Shown piece by piece: positions 39,098 to 46,619 of a stretch of DNA of 64,000 bases; positions within the stretch are counted from its first letter, which is position 1; each line of letters starts with the position of its first letter. The position numbers were made by a program, and so were the translations under genes. Origin of the DNA: Acidimicrobiales bacterium (GTDB lineage: Bacteria > Actinomycetota > Acidimicrobiia > Acidimicrobiales > AC-9). The notes under the pieces were generated by a model. The model saw only the letters and a program-made list of their open reading frames with translations. It had not been told where the DNA came from and did no database searches. The DNA is taken from contig DASXCO010000206.1 in assembly GCA_036491125.1 (NCBI GenBank), positions 1,363 to 65,362 of the forward strand, read 5' to 3'.

Positions 39098-41254
39098 GTG
39101 ACTGAGTGGCGAGTACCGTCGCAATCACATCAGCGAGCGTCAGACGGCACCCTGGGTCGCACCCCCGCTGCTCTCTCCGGCCCTGTGGCGTCACCCGAGC
39201 TGGACCAGCCGGAACCGGCCCCGGAGATGGCGACCTCGTTCGGGTCGCGCCTGGAGCTACTGCGACGGCTGCTCCCACTGCCAGTGTTCACTGTCGTCGC
39301 CGCCATCCTTTCCTACGCCGGCTACTTCGCTATGTACAGCCGATTTGTGAGCTACGACGACGAGGGCTACTGGCTCATTGCCCTCCGTTCGTACCATCTG
39401 CACGGCAGCCTCTACCACAACACGTATAGCCAGGCCGGACCTTTCAACTACGAGTTGTGGTCAAGGTTGTTCACTGTCCTAGGCGTCCCTTTCGACACTG
39501 ACGGCGGGCGGGCGATGACGCTCGCCGTCTGGGTGGCCACCAGTCTGTGCATCGCAGTCGTGGTCTGGCTGTTGACCCGGCGCCTCCTCCTGGGCGTCCT
39601 TGCCCAGGTCACGGCTTTCCTTCTGCTTCGAAGCCTCATAGGTGAGCCGATGGACCCTGGAGGCCTGGCTTGCCTGCTCGTCAGTGTGTCCCTGCTCGGG
39701 GTCGCGCTGACCGTCCGCCGCCATGAGCGCATCGGCATGTTGGTCATAGGTGCGGCTACTGCGGCGCTGCTGCTCACGAAGGTAAATGTCGGTGTGTTCG
39801 TTGCCGCCGCTGTCTGCTACACGTTCTTCGTCTGCTGGCCGACAGATCGTTGGCGTGTCACCCGTCAGCTCATCGGTGGTGTGGTGCTTCTGGCCATTCC
39901 CTTCAGTCTCATGAGCGCTCTGATCGGCACCGCATGGGTCGACCGGTACATAGGCCTGGTGGTTCTGTCGGTTCTCGGTCTCATTGCTGGCATCGGGGGT
40001 GTAAGCGCAGGTCAGCGGCGCTTCACGTTCAGCCCGCGGGCGGGCGCTTGGTGTGTCGCGGGGGCTATCGGTCTGGCGCTGATTGCCAGCGCTGGCGTGC
40101 TCCTCAACGGCACCAGCCCTTCGCAGTTGGTACAGGGTGCCTTCCTCGCCCAGCGGAACCTGGCTCTGGTGACGACCGGCGCGCTCGTCGTGTCCGATGG
40201 ACAGCTGATATGGGCTGGCGTCTGGCTAGCCGTGGCGGTGGGATACCTTGCGTATCGGCACCGGTCGCCAGCCCCCTCCAACAGACTCTCGCTGCTGACC
40301 GGCATGCTCAGGGTAGCCATAGGGGTGTGGATCTGCGCAGCGGTTGTTGGCGGGGTTTTCTTTTCTCGGTACGTGAATCTGACGACGACCGGCAGCTTCC
40401 TCCTCGTTGCTCCGATGGCATGGTTCTCGCTCCTGGAGCCGCGCCGAGATGGGGCGCGCCCGTCGCTGTCCTTCTCGCGCACTTTGATCGCCAGCATGGC
40501 GGTGCTTCTGACTCTCGAGGGCTTCCCCGTGGCCGGCAGCCAGCTTGCTTGGGCAAGCCTCGGCCTGATCGTGGTCGGCGCACTCATCATCGGCGACGGC
40601 TTGGAGACGCTTCTCGTTCGCGCTCCGCTATCTCAACAGCTCACGCCTACTCTTGTCACCGCCCAGCTGGCACGCTGGGGCGCTACAGCCTCCGTCCTCG
40701 CCTTGACCGTGCTCCTCCTGGCCGGCAACGTCCGTCAGTCTCTGGCCTCCGACCGCGCGCTATTTCATGCTCATGCCTCACTCGGCCTCCCTGGGGCGCA
40801 GGACGTGCACCTCGACGCCAGTGATGTCGCCAACCTCCAACAGGTGTCGCGTCTTCTGCGCTCGCAGTGCTCGACCTTCCAGAGCCTGCCCGGCCTGAAC
40901 AGCTTCTACATCTTCACGGGCCAGGCTCCGCCGACGGGCTTGAATACCACCCAGTGGATGTATCTCCTCGACAACCCCATGCAGCAACGGATCGTCGATC
41001 GTCTCGGCCAGATCCCTCGCTTATGCGTCCTCGAGGATGCCGACATGGCGCTCCACTGGCGCGTGGGAGCCGGTAAACCGCTCCCGAAGGACTCTCCGCT
41101 GTTGCGCTACATCCGGGATAATTTCGCGCCATACAAGCAGGTCGGACCCTACGTCGTACTGATGAAGGAGTCTCTGTCGCCGGGCACGCCGAGCTCGGCT
41201 GGGCCCGTGCCGTTGTGCGATGGCGGACCGGATTCAATACCGCCTTGCCGGTGA
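39098..41254 (+). CDS. large polytopic membrane protein (possible GT-C type glycosyltransferase)
   Basis: 718 aa with more than 12 hydrophobic segments and a C-terminal soluble domain. An acidic motif SYDDEGYWLIALRSYHLHG follows the first helix. I recognise no family, so the function is inferred from context only. Confidence 0.75.
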   Translation: MTEWRVPSQSHQRASDGTLGRTPAALSGPVASPELDQPEPAPEMATSFGSRLELLRRLLPLPVFTVVAAILSYAGYFAMYSRFVSYDDEGYWLIALRSYHLHGSLYHNTYSQAGPFNYELWSRLFTVLGVPFDTDGGRAMTLAVWVATSLCIAVVVWLLTRRLLLGVLAQVTAFLLLRSLIGEPMDPGGLACLLVSVSLLGVALTVRRHERIGMLVIGAATAALLLTKVNVGVFVAAAVCYTFFVCWPTDRWRVTRQLIGGVVLLAIPFSLMSALIGTAWVDRYIGLVVLSVLGLIAGIGGVSAGQRRFTFSPRAGAWCVAGAIGLALIASAGVLLNGTSPSQLVQGAFLAQRNLALVTTGALVVSDGQLIWAGVWLAVAVGYLAYRHRSPAPSNRLSLLTGMLRVAIGVWICAAVVGGVFFSRYVNLTTTGSFLLVAPMAWFSLLEPRRDGARPSLSFSRTLIASMAVLLTLEGFPVAGSQLAWASLGLIVVGALIIGDGLETLLVRAPLSQQLTPTLVTAQLARWGATASVLALTVLLLAGNVRQSLASDRALFHAHASLGLPGAQDVHLDASDVANLQQVSRLLRSQCSTFQSLPGLNSFYIFTGQAPPTGLNTTQWMYLLDNPMQQRIVDRLGQIPRLCVLEDADMALHWRVGAGKPLPKDSPLLRYIRDNFAPYKQVGPYVVLMKESLSPGTPSSAGPVPLCDGGPDSIPPCR

Positions 41255-41380
41255 GATCGAAGAGACGACCCCCAGCCACAGGTGAGAGATCAACGTGTCG
41301 TCGACGTGAAGCGCGGGCGACAAATCGGGATCGCTCGACGGCAGGCCCGCCGGTGGCTATCGCGTGCTGGACCGCCGTCG

Positions 41381-42265
41381 TCAGGAGATCGGCGCGACGG
41401 TCCGGCTGGCGACGAACTCCGGACGTGGAGCCGGCGCGGCGAACGGATCGGTCAACGCGTTGGCCACGCTGTTGTAGACCACGAAAAGGTTGGTCCGCGA
41501 GTACGGGGTGATGTTGTTCGACGAACCGTGCATGGCGTTGCTGTCGAACAGGACGGCCGAGCCTGGTTCCCCGGTGACGACGGCTACGCCTCCCCCGTCC
41601 TTTACGAGCGCGGCCAGGCTGGCGTCGTCGGGGACGCCGACCTCCTGGCTCCGAAGCGAGCTGCGGTAGTGGTCCGGTGGCGTCGTGCCGACTGTCGGCA
41701 CGAAGGTCCGGTGGGAACCGGGGATGATCATGAGGCTCCCGTTGTGCACGTAGTTCGGCGTGAGGGCGATTGCAATGCTTACCGCTCTCGGTGCGGGCAT
41801 GCCGTCCTCGGCGTGCCACGTCTCGAAGTCCGAGTGCCAGGCGAAACCCTGGCCGATGAAGCCCGGCTTCCGGTTCACGCGGCTTTGGTGCACGTACACC
41901 GCCGAGCCGAGGAGTTGGCTCGCCGCGTCGACCAATCGCTTGTCGGTAACCACCTGGCCCATCAGAGCGCTCAGACGGTGCACCTCGAACAGGGAGCGAA
42001 CCACGTCACCGCCCGGCTCGCGTATAACCCGGTCCGAACACGCCAGCTCCGGATCGCCTACAAGACGCTCGACCTCATGCCGCAAGGCGTCGACAGTCGC
42101 GTCATCGAGGAGCTGTTGCTGAACGAGAAAACCATCATGTTGGAAGCGCCTGAGCTCGTCCGGACGCAGCGGTCCACCCTCCATGGAGTAGACGACTGGG
42201 TCCCGGCGCGGAAAAGCTCGAACCGGCGGGCCGGTACGGGTCGGATAGCGGTCAGCGACCGCCAT
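41381..42265 (-). CDS. ectD: ectoine hydroxylase
   Basis: EctD signature FAWHSDFETWHAEDGMP is present. Start taken at MAVADRYPTRTG (42265), 5 nt after the ectC stop. The longer ORF-track start would overlap ectC by 76 nt. Confidence 0.92.
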   Translation of the reverse strand: MAVADRYPTRTGPPVRAFPRRDPVVYSMEGGPLRPDELRRFQHDGFLVQQQLLDDATVDALRHEVERLVGDPELACSDRVIREPGGDVVRSLFEVHRLSALMGQVVTDKRLVDAASQLLGSAVYVHQSRVNRKPGFIGQGFAWHSDFETWHAEDGMPAPRAVSIAIALTPNYVHNGSLMIIPGSHRTFVPTVGTTPPDHYRSSLRSQEVGVPDDASLAALVKDGGGVAVVTGEPGSAVLFDSNAMHGSSNNITPYSRTNLFVVYNSVANALTDPFAAPAPRPEFVASRTVAPIS

Positions 42266-42270
42266 CGTGG

Positions 42271-42675
42271 TCACGCTCGTCCATCGCTGTGTGTCGTAAG
42301 CAACGGGTACGCTCCATCCTCGTCGTGTGTCTCCCGGCCAGTACAAGGTGGCGAGAACACGCAGACCATTCGTAGGTCAGAGACGGCAGCCACCCGGTGG
42401 CGCTCGTGCCCGTCCAACAGATACACGGTACCGGGGTCGAGCGCGTAGCTGCGACCAGAGGTGAGGTCGTCGAGCCGCCCGTGACCATCGATGCAGTACA
42501 CCGCCTCCACGTGGTGGCGGTACCACATCGTCGTCTCGGTGCCGGCGTGGAGGACCGTGTCGTGGAGCGAGAAGGCCGCACCGTCGCCGGCCAGCAGCAG
42601 GCGCCGACTACGCCACGTCGGCGTGGTGACATCACGATCGGAGTCCTCGACGTCCGTGAGAGTTCGCACGATCAC
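42271..42675 (-). CDS. ectC: L-ectoine synthase
   Basis: 134 aa, beginning MIVRTLTDVEDSDRDV, with WYRHHVEAVYCIDGHG (cupin). The start overlaps the ectB stop. Confidence 0.93.
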   Translation of the reverse strand: MIVRTLTDVEDSDRDVTTPTWRSRRLLLAGDGAAFSLHDTVLHAGTETTMWYRHHVEAVYCIDGHGRLDDLTSGRSYALDPGTVYLLDGHERHRVAAVSDLRMVCVFSPPCTGRETHDEDGAYPLLTTHSDGRA

Positions 42676-44141
42676 AGTCTGACCACCGTGCGAATTGCTT
42701 CGGCCAGGATCTCCAGCCCCGGCATAAGCTCGTCATCCACTGAGACGGTGAGCGGCGGCATCAATTTCACGACGTCTTGGTTCGGGCCAGAGGTCTCGAC
42801 CAGGACGCCGCGGTCGAACGCGGCGCGCGCTGCCTTCGTTGCGATGTCGTCCCCGGGGAGCGCCAGCCCCCACACCAGGCCCTTCCCGCGCAAGTCGACC
42901 TCGAGATCGGGACGCTCGCTGCGGAGCTCATCGGCGATGGTCACCAGCGCCTGCTCGACGATTCGCCCCCGAGCCCTGACCATCCCCTCGATACCGCCTT
43001 CAGCGGGGGCATGTCCGTCCTGGTTGACCTCCGCGACTCGGCCCTCCGGACATCCACCCTCCTGCCACATCGACAGCGCAGCAGTCGCTGTCACAAAGGC
43101 AGGGTTGTTCCCGCGGAATGTCCCGTTGTGCTCGCCCGGCTCCCAGACGTCAAGCTCCGGGCGGATCAGCGTCAAGGCGAGCGGCAGACCGATGCCGCTC
43201 AACGATTTCGACAGGACCACGATGTCAGGAACGATGCCAGCATCCTCGAAACTGAAGAACGGCCCGGTGCGCCCGCATCCCATCTGGACGTCGTCCACGA
43301 TGAGAAGGATCTCGCGCGCCGCGCACAACCCGGCCAGGCGCTGCAGCCACGGAACGCTGGCGACGTTCACGCCGCCCTCACCCTGGACGGTCTCGACGAT
43401 CACAGCGGCCGGAAGATCCAGCCCGCTCCCGCTGTCCTCGATCAGCGCCTCCAGAATATGGATCGAATCGAAATCGTCGTCGAGGAAGCTGCAGTAGGGG
43501 AGGTGGGTGCTGTCGTTCAGTGACACACCTGCGCCGCTCCGCTTCATGGAGTTTGCCGTGACCGACAGCGAGCCGAGCGTCATTCCGTGGAACGCGTTAG
43601 TGAAGCTCACGATCTGTTTGCGGCCGGTGACCTTCCGAGCGAGCTTCAACGCGGCCTCTACAGCATTTGTGCCGGTGGGCCCGGGGAACTGCACCCGGTA
43701 GCTGAGTCCACGCGGTTCGAAGACCACTTCGCGTAGTCGCTCGAGGAGCTCCGCCTTCGCCACAGTGTTCATATCGAGGCTGTGAATCACCCGGTCCTCA
43801 GCCAGGTAGTCGAGGAGCGCGCGCTTGAGCACCGGATGGTTGTGCCCGTAGTTGAGGGCGCCGGCCCCGCTGAAGAAGTCGATGTACGTATTGCCATCGG
43901 TGTCCTGTAGTCGGGCGCCTCGAGCCCAGTCGAAGATCACCGGCCATGCGCGGCTGTAACTTCGGACCTCTGATTCGAGCTGCTCGAACACGCCGTGCGT
44001 GGAAGCGACGCCGCTGGCGACTCCGCTGTCGGCAGCACCGCCAGCCACAAGGCTCTCCGTCGTCGTGCTCACGGTTTGTAGGTTCTTCACGCGTCGGGCC
44101 TCCTGGGCAGGCATTATGTGCGTCGATCGCGCCCGCGACAT
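42672..44141 (-). CDS. ectB: diaminobutyrate--2-oxoglutarate transaminase
   Basis: Class III aminotransferase (FEQLESEVRSYSRAWPVIF, YIDFFSGAGALNYGHNHP, LIVDDVQMGCGRTGPFFSFE). The start may be 44141 or 44114. Confidence 0.92.
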   Translation of the reverse strand: MSRARSTHIMPAQEARRVKNLQTVSTTTESLVAGGAADSGVASGVASTHGVFEQLESEVRSYSRAWPVIFDWARGARLQDTDGNTYIDFFSGAGALNYGHNHPVLKRALLDYLAEDRVIHSLDMNTVAKAELLERLREVVFEPRGLSYRVQFPGPTGTNAVEAALKLARKVTGRKQIVSFTNAFHGMTLGSLSVTANSMKRSGAGVSLNDSTHLPYCSFLDDDFDSIHILEALIEDSGSGLDLPAAVIVETVQGEGGVNVASVPWLQRLAGLCAAREILLIVDDVQMGCGRTGPFFSFEDAGIVPDIVVLSKSLSGIGLPLALTLIRPELDVWEPGEHNGTFRGNNPAFVTATAALSMWQEGGCPEGRVAEVNQDGHAPAEGGIEGMVRARGRIVEQALVTIADELRSERPDLEVDLRGKGLVWGLALPGDDIATKAARAAFDRGVLVETSGPNQDVVKLMPPLTVSVDDELMPGLEILAEAIRTVVRL

Positions 44142-44174
44142 GCGCCACGCACGGGCGACGGCCGAATTTTATGA

Positions 44175-44717
44175 TCAAGCCGGCGTGGCCCGCGCCAGGT
44201 GTGCACGAGCCCCGGGCGTACTCTCGCTGTCTCGAAACGGGCCGACCCGCATCAGGAGCTCGGCGTCGTGCGGACATTCCGCTGGGAACACGAAGCCGTC
44301 GAAGAGCTTTCCTGACGCGAGCTCCACCTCTGACGATGCCGCCAGTGACCGGAAGAGGCCCGCGGAGGCCTCGTTCGACGAGGTCACCGATGCCTCGACG
44401 AAGCGCAGCGTGGGCGCCAGCCGGTCGCGTAGGTGCTCGAGCATGGCGATCGCCAGACCCTGTCGCCGCCACGCCTTGCCGACGGCCACCTGTGACACGA
44501 ACAAGGTGGCGGGCTCAGCAGGGCGACGGTAACCGGTGACAAAGCCGACGGTGCCCTGGTCCACCTGGGCGATCACCGAGGTGTCGGCGAAGTCATGGCA
44601 CCACAGGAGGTACAGGTACGGAGAATTGAGGTCGAGACCACAAGACCTGGCCAGGCGCCAGAGGTCGGCCCCGTCGTCGGTGGTCGGCGCGCGCAGCAAA
44701 ACCGAATCCCCGCTCAC
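44175..44717 (-). CDS. ectA: L-2,4-diaminobutyrate acetyltransferase
   Basis: 180-aa GNAT (LRAPTTDDGADLWRLARSCGLDLNSPYLYLLWCHDF). First gene of the ectABCD order. GTG start. Confidence 0.9.
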   Translation of the reverse strand: MSGDSVLLRAPTTDDGADLWRLARSCGLDLNSPYLYLLWCHDFADTSVIAQVDQGTVGFVTGYRRPAEPATLFVSQVAVGKAWRRQGLAIAMLEHLRDRLAPTLRFVEASVTSSNEASAGLFRSLAASSEVELASGKLFDGFVFPAECPHDAELLMRVGPFRDSESTPGARAHLARATPA

Positions 44718-45024
44718 GGCCCGTGCTGATACCCGGATCTAGATAGGACAAACCTGGACCGTTCGCACATCCCTCAGCCCCAGCGGTCCACCTCATCCGG
44801 TCGACCGGCTCGATAACGTCTCTGACCAGCCAGAACGGGACACTGCGGGAAGATCAGAGGTGCCGTTTCGTCGATGGTCGCCCTCGCCTCATCACCCAGT
44901 CCCCCGCTACCGGCTGAGCTGCCGCCCCGGGCGCCGAGGGCGCTCGCTTTCCTGGCAGATCGGGTGGCGCCGGACGAGGTGGGAGCTGCGTTCCGGACTG
45001 CAGCCGTGTCCTCGTGATCTCCCG

Positions 45025-45471
45025 TCAGCGCGCCTTCTGCAAGTAGACATCCAGGTGGCGGATCTTGCCGTCCTCGTCGAATCCGAAGACGGTCATCGAG
45101 TTGACCACGTTGACGGTGCCACCTAGGAAGTGCCTCTCTTCGATCTCGTAATACACGAGACCGTGTAACTCGGAGATTCGTCGGACCGTGGTCTCGAACG
45201 AGTCCGTTGCCGAAGCCCACCGGGTCAGCATCGCGGTGTACTCCTGCCAATTCTGCACCTCGAGAAAGGTGCCAACCCTCTCGAACTCGTCCACTGCAAC
45301 GAACCTTGCCAGCGGGGCCCAGTCAGCTCGGGCCCTCGGCGCCGGCACCAGGCGTTTCAACGTTTGATCGTATTCGAGGACCTTGCGGGTCAGCGGGCCG
45401 GCGTTCTCGACGTTCCGACCGGTGTTGACCATCGAGCTGTGCGCTTCGCCCATAACGTTTCGCTCCGTCAA
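45025..45471 (-). CDS. NTF2/SnoaL-like fold protein (hypothetical)
   Basis: 148-aa ORF that overlaps the upstream gene by 4 nt. Its size and alternating pattern suggest an NTF2-like fold, but no firm motif was found. Confidence 0.65.
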   Translation of the reverse strand: MTERNVMGEAHSSMVNTGRNVENAGPLTRKVLEYDQTLKRLVPAPRARADWAPLARFVAVDEFERVGTFLEVQNWQEYTAMLTRWASATDSFETTVRRISELHGLVYYEIEERHFLGGTVNVVNSMTVFGFDEDGKIRHLDVYLQKAR

Positions 45472-46568
45472 TCGTGAACGGCGGGGCGGGGGCCGCGGGG
45501 GAGGATGTGGGGCAGGTCCTCAGCCGTGAGGATGCCAGGGCGCGCCGCGCACACATAGGGGATGGCGTTGACCGGTCCATTGGCGTTGTACGCGGGCACG
45601 AACGATGCGAGGTCATCGACCGGCACGGGGAAGGGCATGCTCAGGTCGAACGGGGCGTCACCGTGGATTCGGATCCGCCAACCCGTGGGCCGCAAGTCCC
45701 AATCGGGCTGCACGTCGATGGCGACGAAGCCGTACTGGGTGAACCGGATGCGGTCGACACCGCCACTGCGACCGTTGATGATGATCCGCTGCGCGGCGGC
45801 AGTGCCGGCTTCGATCCCACCGGCGACGATCGTCATATCCTGCTTTGCCGCCGCCACGCCGCCCTCAGCGGTCCATTCGTCGATCTCGAAGCCTCCGATG
45901 TCCGACAACACGCTGAGCGCTGGCTGGTATTCGCCGAACAAATGGTTCTTCCGCCGGTCCGGATCGAACTCCGACAACGGCTTCCCGAATCGCATCTGCT
46001 CCATCACCATGTGCGCCGAAGGGCGGTGAGAGAGATCGCCGAACTCCTCGATCTCGATCAGATCGACGCACCGCTGCACAGACAGCAACGCCAGAGGAAG
46101 GGTCTCGGTGATGAAGCCCGGGTCACTGCCGCTCGCCCAGACCGACGCATTGCCTTTCTCGCAGGCCTCTCGCACGCGGGCACGGTTCGGGCCGCTCAGC
46201 CGCACCCCTCTTGCAAACAGATCGGTGCAGGTGGTGACGATGTTCGTGCCCGATCCGAGCAGCGCCACGACGTCGTCGACGAGCTCGTCTTCCGTTAGGC
46301 CGGCACGGGTCTGGTCTCTCCCAGACGCACGCGGCATGTAGATGCAGCAGTCCGCCTCGAGTTTCAGAACCGCGTCACGGTCCGTCGTGGCCAGAACGCC
46401 GATCGGGCCCTCACCGCACAGCTCGCCCGCATCGACACCCTCCTTCGCCCGGTCGTACACCACCACGGCGACGAGGTCGAGCGACCGATGGCGGATCACT
46501 TGCCGCAGCGCACGCTGACCCGTGTTCCCCGTCGCCCACTGGATCACTCGGTGCCGCGACGAGTCCAT
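45468..46568 (-). CDS. DapB-N-domain NAD(P) oxidoreductase (amine dehydrogenase / 2,4-diaminopentanoate dehydrogenase-like family)
   Basis: 366 aa with N-terminal RVIQWATGNTGQRALRQVIRHRSLDLVAVVVYD. The family call is from memory of this N-terminal pattern. Confidence 0.75.
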   Translation of the reverse strand: MDSSRHRVIQWATGNTGQRALRQVIRHRSLDLVAVVVYDRAKEGVDAGELCGEGPIGVLATTDRDAVLKLEADCCIYMPRASGRDQTRAGLTEDELVDDVVALLGSGTNIVTTCTDLFARGVRLSGPNRARVREACEKGNASVWASGSDPGFITETLPLALLSVQRCVDLIEIEEFGDLSHRPSAHMVMEQMRFGKPLSEFDPDRRKNHLFGEYQPALSVLSDIGGFEIDEWTAEGGVAAAKQDMTIVAGGIEAGTAAAQRIIINGRSGGVDRIRFTQYGFVAIDVQPDWDLRPTGWRIRIHGDAPFDLSMPFPVPVDDLASFVPAYNANGPVNAIPYVCAARPGILTAEDLPHILPRGPRPAVHD

Positions 46569-46603
46569 GAATCCCCCTGGTTCGATCGAGCAGCAAGCGC
46601 AAA

Positions 46604-46619
46604 GTAGCCGATCGGCTAC
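46604..46619. promoter_or_regulatory. perfect 16-bp palindrome GTAGCCGATCGGCTAC (candidate operator)
   Basis: Self-complementary sequence seen directly. It lies 36-51 nt upstream of the start at 46568 and contains the coxL-like stop codon. Its 14-bp core recurs at 50315-50328. Confidence 0.55.

Noticed and set aside
44718-45024. 307-bp gap upstream of ectA as a hidden gene, pseudogene or structured RNA
   Set aside because: Translating the frames by hand gave no protein-like sequence. I found no convincing conserved RNA motif or promoter hexamers, only an 8-bp ATCTAGAT palindrome. I left it as an unannotated regulatory region.
37197-46600. tRNA-Thr-adjacent region as an integrative element or prophage
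   Set aside because: I found no integrase, excisionase, phage or conjugation genes, and no direct repeat of the tRNA 3' end by eye. The only partial match is GGTTCGA near 46580. Only the compositional argument remains, and only for 37300-41250.
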